Part shown: in pieces, positions 1 through 7,926 of the stretch | How positions within the stretch are numbered: position 1 is the first letter of the stretch | Layout of the letters: each line of letters starts with the position of its first letter | NCBI GenBank assembly: GCA_040752415.1 | Contig: JBFMGU010000050.1 | Location: forward strand, 1-48,899 | DNA length: 48,899 nucleotides | Reading direction: 5' to 3' | From: Myxococcota bacterium | Lineage (GTDB): Bacteria; Myxococcota; JACRCW01 | Position numbers and translations under genes: made by a program | Notes under the pieces: generated by a model | Database searches by the model: none | What the model was told of the DNA's origin: nothing | The model's input: only the letters and a program-made list of their open reading frames with translations

Positions 1-48
1 ACAAGCTTCGCCGCGTCCACGTCGTCCTCCCGCCAGCCTATGGCCAGG

Positions 49-714
49 CTATGTGGTCGGGGGATACTGCCACGGCTCACCACTCATGCCCACGTCGTCA
101 CCGTCACGAATGGGCGAAGGACCGGAATGTGGGCCATCCAGCCCAAAACCCTGCCCGTTGACCGCCACAACAACGTCTCCCTCCCGAAGTGTCCGGAGAA
201 AACCATCACCGGGATCGCGCTGCACCAGGACCCCGACCACCTCCGCACCCTTGAGCACGCGCTGCAAGACGGGCCGGTCCTTCGTTTCCTCAGCCTGGTA
301 CAGCGCATTCGCGTCAAATAGCCTTTGTGCATCGGCAGAGGACGGTGGCGCTGCACCGCATTGGCTGGGCCAGGCCGCTCCGGGACGTCGGTGCAGTTCG
401 AGGCGCTTGTCCACCACCGTCAAAGCCAGACCAAATCTGACCAGCTTGCGATTGATGCTTTCGACGGCACCGGTGAGCGATTGCGGCTCCGTTGTGTGCG
501 CCGTCATGAGCACGCAATGGAGCAGCGGACGCGTCTCCTCCGTGGCCTGAATCGAGACCCCATAGGCCTCGCCCACCGTTCCCAGCACATCGAGAAGCCG
601 CACATTGGTGAATGCGTACGTTGTGAGGAACGGACCGCTGCCGCCGCCACCGCCACCATCCGGAGTTCCAGCAAGAAGTGCGGCCGTAACCATCAAGGCG
701 AACATGGCTGTCAC
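49..714 (-). CDS. Secreted protein with a possible secretin N0/STN-like N-terminal region and a C-terminal PDZ-like (GspC-type) segment
   Basis: Signal-like N-terminus (MFALMVTAALLAG). YAFTNVRLLDVLGTVGEAYGVSI resembles STN/N0. LREGDVVVAVNG is a typical PDZ motif. Confidence 0.55.
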   Translation of the reverse strand: MTAMFALMVTAALLAGTPDGGGGGGSGPFLTTYAFTNVRLLDVLGTVGEAYGVSIQATEETRPLLHCVLMTAHTTEPQSLTGAVESINRKLVRFGLALTVVDKRLELHRRPGAAWPSQCGAAPPSSADAQRLFDANALYQAEETKDRPVLQRVLKGAEVVGVLVQRDPGDGFLRTLREGDVVVAVNGQGFGLDGPHSGPSPIRDGDDVGMSGEPWQYPPTT

Positions 715-768
715 CTCGTGCGACTCCTCGCGGCCCGCGACGCAGCCAGGCCCGGCGGGACGACGCTC

Positions 769-1590
769 TCATCGAGCAGACCCCACCAGGGGCCGGCGTG
801 CAAGCCAATCGCGCAGAATGGGCAGGACCACGTTCGCCTGCATGGCTTGCATGTGGTTCATCCCGTCGAGGATGTGCACGTCCCAGCCCAGCCGTTGGAG
901 TTCCTGGCGGTGACGTACCACGGGCCCGCCAATGCTCACGCGCACGTCTCCCCAGTTCTTGCCGTAGTCGATCTCATCGGCTGAGCCCACGAAACACACG
1001 CGCGGAATCTTCACGCGCTCAAGCGCCGCACGGTCGTCGAATCCTTGTAGCGCTCTGTAGAGCGTGACGAACTGCTGCGCCTCACCCTTGGACCTGCTCT
1101 CCATCGACCACTCGTCGTGGGAAGGTTTGCCGGTCATGTCGTAGGCCGCCGTCGTCACGCGCAGCATCTCAGCATAGGGCCCGTCGAGCGGCGGATACCC
1201 GCCCACCGCCACACCGGTCAGGCGCGGCGTCCGCACCGCGAGCTGCAGACCCATCATCCCCAGCCACGAATAGCCGTAGTAGCGGAACGTCGTTGCCCCG
1301 GCGGCGTCGGCGACGGAGAGGAAGTCCGCGACGACGTTGTCCGGCGTGAGCGTGGTGGGCTTGGGTGTCTTGAGGACGTGGCCTTCGTAGTCGAATGCAA
1401 TCACCCGGCAGATGTCCCGCAGCCCGTCGATCAGCGAGCGCCCCAATGCAGGGTCTGCGCCGTACTTCCGCATGGCCTCCGCCTTCTCGCCTTCCACGGG
1501 ACGGGGATTGACCGGGAGAAGCAGCGGATCTCCGTCGCCACCCACCTCCAACTCGAGCAGGTTTCCATCGTGCAGACGAGCCTTGGGCAT
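769..1590 (-). CDS. Alpha/beta fold hydrolase
   Basis: GYSWLG nucleophile-elbow motif, RVIAFDY, VGSADE acid, GMNH catalytic His region. GGAG-like RBS upstream. Confidence 0.85.
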   Translation of the reverse strand: MPKARLHDGNLLELEVGGDGDPLLLPVNPRPVEGEKAEAMRKYGADPALGRSLIDGLRDICRVIAFDYEGHVLKTPKPTTLTPDNVVADFLSVADAAGATTFRYYGYSWLGMMGLQLAVRTPRLTGVAVGGYPPLDGPYAEMLRVTTAAYDMTGKPSHDEWSMESRSKGEAQQFVTLYRALQGFDDRAALERVKIPRVCFVGSADEIDYGKNWGDVRVSIGGPVVRHRQELQRLGWDVHILDGMNHMQAMQANVVLPILRDWLARRPLVGSAR

Positions 1591-1601
1591 GGACGGAGCT
1601 C

Positions 1602-1625
1602 CCTCTAGTCAAGTTTGACTAGAGG
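1602..1625. promoter_or_regulatory. Palindromic operator, probably bound by the adjacent PadR regulator
   Basis: Perfect 11-bp inverted repeat CCTCTAGTCAA-GT-TTGACTAGAGG between the divergent hydrolase and PadR genes. Confidence 0.75.
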
Positions 1626-1648
1626 AGTTCTATGGCGTGCGGTGCTGG

Positions 1649-1665
1649 TAGTCAAGTTAGACTAG
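1649..1665. promoter_or_regulatory. Second copy of the PadR operator
   Basis: TAGTCAAGTTAGACTAG, one mismatch from the core of the 1602-1625 site, 5 bp before the PadR ATG. Confidence 0.7.
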
Positions 1666-1670
1666 CGGCA

Positions 1671-2231
1671 ATGTCTCCGGTGCGTTTGCTGGTGTTGGGT
1701 GTGTTGCGGCTGCGTGGTCAGGCGCACGGGTATGCCGTGCATCGTGAGCTGGCGGCGTGGCGCGTCGACACCTGGACGCGCGTGAAGCCGGGCTCGGTCT
1801 ACCACGCGCTGAAGCAGCTCTCGAAGGAGCGCAAGATCAAGGCAGTCTCCGTCGAGGAGAGCGCGGAAGGGCCGGGCCGTACGCGGTACGAGCTCACCCA
1901 GAAGGGGCATGCGGAGTTTCTCGCGCTGCTCGAGGAGGCGCTGTCCAGCATGGACATCATCGAGCTCAGCGCCGGCGTCGCCTTCATGCAGGCGTTGTCT
2001 CGTCCGCACGTGCTGCGGCTGCTCAAGGCGCAGCATCTCCGGGCCCAGGAGACTCGCGATGGGCTGGAGGCACTGAAGGCGCACTTTCCGCGACGGGAAG
2101 ACCCGCCGCACACGCCGGAGCTGCTCGACCTGTGGGGCGGAAGCCTGTCCGCGACGATTGCCTGGATGGGTGGGCTCATCCATCGCCTCGAGGCGGGCGA
2201 GTACGTCATGGCCGGGGAGCGCCGCGCGTGA
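1671..2231 (+). CDS. PadR family transcriptional regulator
   Basis: RLLVLGVL..AHGYAV..KPGSVYHALKQL..RTRYELTQKG winged-helix signature. Start taken at MSPVRLL. Confidence 0.9.
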   Translation: MSPVRLLVLGVLRLRGQAHGYAVHRELAAWRVDTWTRVKPGSVYHALKQLSKERKIKAVSVEESAEGPGRTRYELTQKGHAEFLALLEEALSSMDIIELSAGVAFMQALSRPHVLRLLKAQHLRAQETRDGLEALKAHFPRREDPPHTPELLDLWGGSLSATIAWMGGLIHRLEAGEYVMAGERRA

Positions 2232-2386
2232 TTGGTGAGGGGCGATACGCAACGTGCGCGGGTTGTCGGCCCGGCGCGCCCGCGCGCGCCGCGTAGGGAC
2301 TCTCCTGACCAGTCGCAGGGGGGCGAAGGAGTTCGACTCGGTGACGTCGTTGGGATGGGGCGACGCCGGCTCTTCGAGCGAGCGCG

Positions 2387-2854
2387 TCACGCGGCGTTGG
2401 ACAGAGGCTGTCCCGTGCCGGTGGTGATCAGGTTCCGAAGGCTCTGCAGGATGAGGAATCCCCACGCGTCGGAGCAGTCGGCGTAGCACTCCATGGCGGG
2501 AACGAGGCCGACGTGCGTGAACCAGAGCTCCGTCCCGGCGGCGGTCTCGGTAATCTCGAACGTAATCTGCGTGTCATCCCACTCGGTTTCTTCCTTCACG
2601 AAGCGGATGTGGCTGTCGGACACCCGCCACACCACCCGCTTTCCCGGCACCAGCTCGACGATCTCCTGCGTGCTCTCGTGCAGATCCCGGTGGCGGAACG
2701 TGAACTTCGCGCCGAGCCTGTCCGTACGCCCCTCAATGTCTTCCGACCACCACCCTCGCACATTGTTGACGGCGGAAAAGACCGCGTCCGGAGAGGGGGC
2801 CACAGTGAACGCGACGGAGTAGTTCTTCATCACCTTCTTTGGCTTCGTTGTCAT
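2387..2854 (-). CDS. SRPBCC (AHSA1/START-like) domain protein
   Basis: VFSAVNNVRGWWS, ELVPGKRVVW, TELWFTHVGL, CSDAWGF motifs. Start at MTTKPKK. Confidence 0.88.
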   Translation of the reverse strand: MTTKPKKVMKNYSVAFTVAPSPDAVFSAVNNVRGWWSEDIEGRTDRLGAKFTFRHRDLHESTQEIVELVPGKRVVWRVSDSHIRFVKEETEWDDTQITFEITETAAGTELWFTHVGLVPAMECYADCSDAWGFLILQSLRNLITTGTGQPLSNAA

Positions 2855-2948
2855 GCGTCGTGCTCCCCGGCCCAACTGGCGCGGATGGCAGCGGGCCTTC
2901 CGACCCCGATGGGAAGGTGCAGATGCCGGCCGGTAACGTCCCGCCACC

Positions 2949-3425
2949 TCAGTTCCAGTTGTCGATCTTGAGGTCGTCCGGAGCGGGTCTGCCTTTGCCG
3001 GACTCCACGAGGTCCCTGAGGCTGAGCAGGAACGTCGCCCACTTCATGTTGCAGTGGGCCATGCTCTCCCCCGCCTCACGCCAGTGGCGGTGACCGAACA
3101 GCAGCACCGTCTGGTCACCCTGCCTGGACAGGGAGAAGTCCACCTCGGTCCCGATCCAATCGGCGGGGCCGTCGTTCACGCGCCAGCGCACCCGCTGGTC
3201 CGGCGTCCGTTCCACCACCGTCATCTGGAACTGCCCGATGGGTTCTCCCGCGGGCGTGGTGAACCCGAAGTTCATCTTCCCGCCAACCGAAGATTCCCCC
3301 GTCGTCAGCCGGGTCCACCAACCCGCTACGCCATCCACCGTCGCAATCGCAGCAAAGACCTTCTCCAAAGGGGCCCGCATCCCGATGCGGTGCACAATGT
3401 CCACCATCGTTGTCTCCATGGTCAT
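2949..3425 (-). CDS. SRPBCC domain protein
   Basis: VDIVHRIG..VAGWWT..WIGTEVDF..FGHRHW..KWATFLLSLRDLVESGKG. Confidence 0.9.
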   Translation of the reverse strand: MTMETTMVDIVHRIGMRAPLEKVFAAIATVDGVAGWWTRLTTGESSVGGKMNFGFTTPAGEPIGQFQMTVVERTPDQRVRWRVNDGPADWIGTEVDFSLSRQGDQTVLLFGHRHWREAGESMAHCNMKWATFLLSLRDLVESGKGRPAPDDLKIDNWN

Positions 3426-3486
3426 TCGGCCCTCCATCAGGCGGGATGGACGCGGCGCACCAGCGCGGGCCGAGGGTTCGTGAGCT

Positions 3487-3526
3487 ACTTGCATCATGAT
3501 AGTTGCGGCACTTGCGTGATGCAAGC
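3487..3526. promoter_or_regulatory. Two candidate HxlR-family operator boxes
   Basis: ACTTGCATCATGATAGT (3487-3503) and ACTTGCGTGATGCAAGC (3510-3526, containing the CTTGC-N5-GCAAG palindrome) in the divergent intergenic region. Confidence 0.55.
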
Positions 3527-3547
3527 AGAATCGCTAGGACGCTCTCG

Positions 3548-4042
3548 ATGCTTGGACGGACCTATGATCGGGAGGTGTGCTCGGCGGCGCGCGCGCTCGA
3601 AGTCGCGGGGGAGCGCTGGAGCCTGCTCATCCTCCGCAACGCGGCATTCGCCGGAAAGACGCGCTTCACGGAGTTCCAGGAGAGCCTGGGCATTGCTCCC
3701 AACATCCTTGCGGCGCGGCTGGAGCATTTTGTGGCGGAGGGGCTCATGGCGGTGTCCACGTCGCCAGAGGGGCACCCGGAGTACCGGCTGACCGAGAAGG
3801 GCCTGGACTTCAAGCCCGTCATCGTTGCGCTCACGGAGTGGGGTGACCGCTGGGCTGCGCCGGACGGGCCGCCAATTGCGTACCGGCACGACGGTTGTGG
3901 CGGCACCGTGCACGTGCAGATGCGCTGCTCCTGTGGCCAGACCCCGTCGGGGAGGCAGGTGACCGCGCAGCCTACGGCCGCCATGGCGCGTGCCCGCCAG
4001 CGCCGCGCTTTGGGAGTGGCCCGGCCCCGGCGCGCACGATGA
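3548..4042 (+). CDS. HxlR family winged-helix transcriptional regulator
   Basis: CSAARALEVAGERWSLLILR..RFTEFQESLGIAPNILAARL..EYRLTEKG..WGDRW. Conserved N-terminal Cys. Confidence 0.92.
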   Translation: MLGRTYDREVCSAARALEVAGERWSLLILRNAAFAGKTRFTEFQESLGIAPNILAARLEHFVAEGLMAVSTSPEGHPEYRLTEKGLDFKPVIVALTEWGDRWAAPDGPPIAYRHDGCGGTVHVQMRCSCGQTPSGRQVTAQPTAAMARARQRRALGVARPRRAR

Positions 4043-4238
4043 GTCCAACGGACCTTACGCCGTCCGCCGTGCTCATCGAGGATTGAAGTCGGAAACAGAT
4101 GGGGTTCGCCAAGACCGAGTGCGGTCGCGACGCCGCCGGTGAAATCCGTCACGACGTTCGGATCCGCTGGTAATGACACGGGGCACGCCAGCGATCACGT
4201 GCACGACCCGGCAAGAAGCTTCTCAACCGGCGTACTGG

Positions 4239-4685
4239 TCAAGGGCTCGGAGAGGAGAGCGGTTTCTGCATGAAGAAGCGTTGGTGAGGGCGCGGGTAGT
4301 CGTCGAGAGTGCCAAAGACCCGGTAACCCAGCCGTTCATAGAAACTGCGTGCCTGGAAATCCAAGGTCGTGAGGTGCGCATGATGGCACCCCCGTTCGCG
4401 CGCTTCCGCCTCGGCCCGACGCATCAATTCCGTGCCGATTCCGTGATTCCGGAGTCCCTCGGAAACCCAGAGCCACCCGACATAGAGCCATCCGTGATGG
4501 GTCTGACCCAGGAGACCGGCGACCACACGACGATCTTCAGCACAGGCGGTGATCGCCAGCTTCTTCTCCTTCGCCATGCCGTAATACGCAGCGTTGAAGC
4601 CAAGCAGACCATCCATGACAACGCGTGATGACGTCTCCGGCCATTCGTCTGCGACCGCGTAGCTCAGGGTTGGATGTTGTGGCAT
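4239..4685 (-). CDS. GNAT family N-acetyltransferase
   Basis: LWVSEGLRNHGIGTELM acetyl-CoA motif and FQARSFYERLGY. Start at MPQHPT. Confidence 0.9.
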   Translation of the reverse strand: MPQHPTLSYAVADEWPETSSRVVMDGLLGFNAAYYGMAKEKKLAITACAEDRRVVAGLLGQTHHGWLYVGWLWVSEGLRNHGIGTELMRRAEAEARERGCHHAHLTTLDFQARSFYERLGYRVFGTLDDYPRPHQRFFMQKPLSSPSP

Positions 4686-4942
4686 GGTCGTTTCCGCTGT
4701 GACGACGTCGTTTCGGCTCTGGCCTGATGGGAGCTTGCCGGGGCACGCGGAAGGTGTCCACCCGCCCGCGGTCGCCGACTTGCCCGGGTGGCCGGCGTAG
4801 CGGCGGGCCCCTGTTTCATTCCGGATGACCGACCACCCGCATCCGCCCACCTGCAGCTTGGGCGGGCCAGCGCGTCGAGTCGGAGGTACGCCGCGGGAAG
4901 GCACACCGGCACCGGGACGCTGCGGATCAAAAAAATAAGGCG

Positions 4943-4971
4943 TTGACCTAAGTATCGGCATCCTCTACAGT
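4943..4971 (+). promoter_or_regulatory. Sigma70-type promoter of the ArsR-SRPBCC operon, probably leaderless
   Basis: TTGACC (4943-4948), 17-bp spacer, TACAGT (4966-4971), with an upstream A-tract. The ATG at 4979 follows 7 bp later with no RBS. Confidence 0.65.
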
Positions 4972-4978
4972 AAGGCAC

Positions 4979-5317
4979 ATGCCTAACCAATCCCAGCACC
5001 TCAACCGCGTGTTCCAGGCCCTGGCGGACCCCACTCGTCGGGCAGTGGTTGAACGTCTCAGCTCCAGCCCGTCGTCCATGAGTGAGCTGGCACGGCCGTT
5101 CAAGATGACATTGCCCTCGTTTGCGCAGCACCTGGACGTGCTGGAGGACTGCGGTCTGGTCCGGTCCCACAAGTCAGGACGGGTGCGGACCTACGAGTTG
5201 GTGCCAAAGCAGCTCGCCGCCGCCGAGCACTGGATGACGCAGCAACGCAAGACCTGGGAACGCCGCCTCGACCAACTTGATCGCTACCTCATGGACCTCA
5301 AGGAGCAGAAGAAATGA
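4979..5317 (+). CDS. ArsR/SmtB family transcriptional regulator
   Basis: VFQALADPTRRAVVERL..QHLDVLEDCGLVRSHKSGRVRTY. Confidence 0.93.
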   Translation: MPNQSQHLNRVFQALADPTRRAVVERLSSSPSSMSELARPFKMTLPSFAQHLDVLEDCGLVRSHKSGRVRTYELVPKQLAAAEHWMTQQRKTWERRLDQLDRYLMDLKEQKK

Positions 5318-5808
5318 CAACGCCAAAGTCCCCCGCCATCAATCCCAAGCTTGATCTCCTGTTGGAGCGGGTTGTCGACGTTCCCCGCGACCTGGTGTGG
5401 CTTGCCTGGACCCGTCCCGAGCACCTCAAGAAGTGGTTCACGCCCGCGCCGTGGACAACATCGGAGTGTGAGATAGACCTGCGTCCCGGCGGGATCTTCC
5501 GCTTCGTGAATCGGTCGCCTGAAGGCCAGGAGACCACGTACGTCGGGTGTTACCTGGAAATCGTGGAGAAGGAGCGGCTGGTCTGGACCATGGCGCTGGG
5601 TCCAGGTTTCCGGCCCACGGCTGCCACGTCGGAAGTTCCCACGTTCACGGCGGTCATCTCCATGCAGCCCCATGGGACCGGCACCAGGTACACCGCGATG
5701 GCCATGCACCGCGACGAGGAAGGTTGCAAGAAGCACGACCAGATGGGCTTCCACGACGGCTGGGGAGCAGCAACCGATCAACTCATGGCGTTTGCGAAGA
5801 CTCTCTAA
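5314..5808 (+). CDS. SRPBCC (AHSA1-like) family protein
   Basis: VWLAWTRPEHLKKWF..IDLRPGG..HDQMGFHDGWG. ATGA overlap with the ArsR gene. Confidence 0.93.
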   Translation: MTTPKSPAINPKLDLLLERVVDVPRDLVWLAWTRPEHLKKWFTPAPWTTSECEIDLRPGGIFRFVNRSPEGQETTYVGCYLEIVEKERLVWTMALGPGFRPTAATSEVPTFTAVISMQPHGTGTRYTAMAMHRDEEGCKKHDQMGFHDGWGAATDQLMAFAKTL

Positions 5809-5950
5809 TACTACGTGGTCATCTGACGTCGTCACGGCAGTGGCCGGACGGCAGTGGCCGGGAAGCACTTGCGTCGCAACACGCCCTGGATACCGGCGGC
5901 GCAAGTGCTTCCCGGCCATTGCCGTGACGACGTCAGATGACCAGGTGGTA
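5809..5950. mobile_element. 142-bp palindromic MITE/REPIN-like element
   Basis: Long terminal inverted repeats TAC(T/C)AC(G/C)TGGTCATCTGACGTCGTCACGGCA(G/A)TGGCCGG..GAAGCACTTGCG, flanked on both sides by CTAA (5805-5808 and 5951-5954). Confidence 0.6.
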
Positions 5951-5954
5951 CTAA

Positions 5955-6755
5955 GCGCGGCTGAGCGGTCCTGCACAAATTCATTCTTCGAAACTCCATG
6001 ACCAGCAATCGCGGACCTCAACGGGTGTCACGTCCAGCAGCGCCGGTGCGTCGACGGGAGGCTCCAGCAGCACGGGAGGCACCAGCACCTCCACCCCCGG
6101 CAGCACCTCCACCCGCGGCGGGTCCTCCTCCGGAGACATCAGCACCAGCACGTCCGGGGCCAGCACCAGCTCGTCGGTGAGCAGCAGTTCATCCAGCAGC
6201 AGCGGCTCCAGCAGCAGCAGTGGTACCAGCAGCAGCAGCAGCGGCGGGTCCACCAGCAGCAGCGCTTCGGTGAGCAGCAGCAGCTCATCCGGTGGCGTGG
6301 TGTGTACCGCGGACGCGGATCATGGCTCTCCCACGCTGCAGTCCCCGATTGCGCAGGATGTGGTCGGGGCGGTCTACTTCTCCGCTTCCATCGACGGTGG
6401 TGAGGACTACGTGGTCCTTGCCCTCTACCCGGGATACGGCGCGTTTGCGGGCGGGACGGTCACTACTGGAACGTTTGAGCTCACGGGAGAGGATCTCAAC
6501 TACGCCACCTGCGGTATCTGCGTCCTGCTCAGCACAGAGTACGACGCGGACACTGGCTCCTTCTTGGACGACTACTTTGCCACCGGAGGCAGCGTGACGT
6601 TGAACTCCGTCGAGGGCAACCTGACGGGTAGCCTATCCAACGTCACCTTCCAGCAGGTAACCATCGATCCGGATACTTATGAGTCTTCGCCGCACCCCAG
6701 CGGCTGCCAGTCAGGTATCACGGCGACGTCGTTTGACGCGCCCATCCAGCAGTAA
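5955..6755 (+). CDS. Ser/Thr/Gly-rich surface protein with a Cys-containing beta domain; 5' end (start and signal peptide) apparently missing
   Basis: The frame is open from the TAA at 5952-5954 to 6755 with no ATG; the first GTG is at 6177. Poly-Ser linker followed by a globular domain (NYATCGICVL). Confidence 0.65.
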   Translation, partial: ARLSGPAQIHSSKLHDQQSRTSTGVTSSSAGASTGGSSSTGGTSTSTPGSTSTRGGSSSGDISTSTSGASTSSSVSSSSSSSSGSSSSSGTSSSSSGGSTSSSASVSSSSSSGGVVCTADADHGSPTLQSPIAQDVVGAVYFSASIDGGEDYVVLALYPGYGAFAGGTVTTGTFELTGEDLNYATCGICVLLSTEYDADTGSFLDDYFATGGSVTLNSVEGNLTGSLSNVTFQQVTIDPDTYESSPHPSGCQSGITATSFDAPIQQ

Positions 6756-6773
6756 GCGCTCGAGCGGCCAGAA

Positions 6774-6810
6774 AGCCCAGCGGGCCTGCGGTTGGCTCGC
6801 TGGGCTGTTT
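6774..6810. terminator. Hairpin terminator between convergent genes
   Basis: AGCCCAGCGGGCC-loop-GGCTCGCTGGGCT followed by GTTT and preceded by GAAA. Confidence 0.6.
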
Positions 6811-6838
6811 CCTGTCGTGACGAGAGGGATCCCTGAGG

Positions 6839-7669
6839 TTAGCGGACCGGTAGGTAGAGCCGCCGGATGTGCCTGCCGTCCACCAGGTCGGACGCGCTCC
6901 GCACCATGTACGACAAGTCGACGCGCAGGTAGCGCTTCTCCGCGTCGGGCGCGCCGAAGATGCAGAGGCAGAGCTGGTTGTCGCCTTCGCGGTAGAAGCC
7001 GGCGTCGTCGCGGTCATGCCCGTGGATGACGACGTGCAACGGATTGTCGTCGGAGCCCAGCCGTCGCAGCGTTGCCGCGGCGACGTCGGATTGCTGGCCG
7101 TAGCTCGTCAGCAACGTCTTGAGCGCGGCGTTGTCGGCCGGGTTGTTGCAGGACATGTCGAGGGAGATGGCTTCCAACTGTTGCAGGCTGCGCAGCTCCG
7201 GACCGGGCGAGCCGTGCGTGAGGAGGAGGCCGTTCCTCGTCGTCACCGCGAGCAGCGCATGGGAGAAGAGCCAGCGCATTGCCGCCAGCGTCACCGCGTC
7301 CATGCGCGACTCCAGCGCGGCAACCTCGTCGTCATGGAACTTTGACGGGTGTGGACCGCCGACGTGGCCGTGATCGTGATTGCCGAGCACGTAGTGGACG
7401 CGGTCCTGATTCCGGCGCATGACCTCGAGCACGTCATGCACCATGCGCGGGGATTCGTCGGTGTAGCCGTAGAGCGCGGGGTCTTCGCGGGAGGATGCGT
7501 CGTCGGGCCCGTGCACCAGGTCACCAAGGATGACCCAGTGGATGTCGATGTTGTTGCGCCGTTCGGCTTCAAAGATGGCGACGAGACGCTGCAGGTCCGC
7601 GCGATTGCCGTGCACGTCGGTGCTCACCATCAGGACGCCCGTCGCCGGCAACTGGATGTGACGCGTCAT
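6839..7669 (-). CDS. Metallophosphoesterase (calcineurin-like)
   Basis: DVHGN, GDLVHG, GNHD, THG and HGH motifs. Start at MTRHIQL. Confidence 0.9.
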   Translation of the reverse strand: MTRHIQLPATGVLMVSTDVHGNRADLQRLVAIFEAERRNNIDIHWVILGDLVHGPDDASSREDPALYGYTDESPRMVHDVLEVMRRNQDRVHYVLGNHDHGHVGGPHPSKFHDDEVAALESRMDAVTLAAMRWLFSHALLAVTTRNGLLLTHGSPGPELRSLQQLEAISLDMSCNNPADNAALKTLLTSYGQQSDVAAATLRRLGSDDNPLHVVIHGHDRDDAGFYREGDNQLCLCIFGAPDAEKRYLRVDLSYMVRSASDLVDGRHIRRLYLPVR

Positions 7670-7926
7670 GCTCCGTCCCCGAGGTGAGAGCCACCAGCGT
7701 AACATTCGTTCCACCGGCCGCAACACCCGCGACAACGTGGCGGTGACGACGGACGCATCCCGCGCAGGCAATCCCTGGCGACGCGAGCCGCCCCGCGCGA
7801 AGATCACCGTGGCTTCGATCCCGTGGTGCGCCCGGGGCGCCACGCCGCTTCCAGCCAGCGGGCGCCATTCCAGGAGAACGCGTCACCGGGCTGGGCCCGT
7901 CCGCGTGCCGCGAAGTTCCGCTAATT

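Noticed and set aside
2290..2345. tRNA-like GGAGTTCGACTC
   Set aside because: No cloverleaf or acceptor stem can be built around it.
5809..5950. Retron msr-msd
   Set aside because: No adjacent reverse transcriptase, and the flanking CTAA duplication fits an insertion better.
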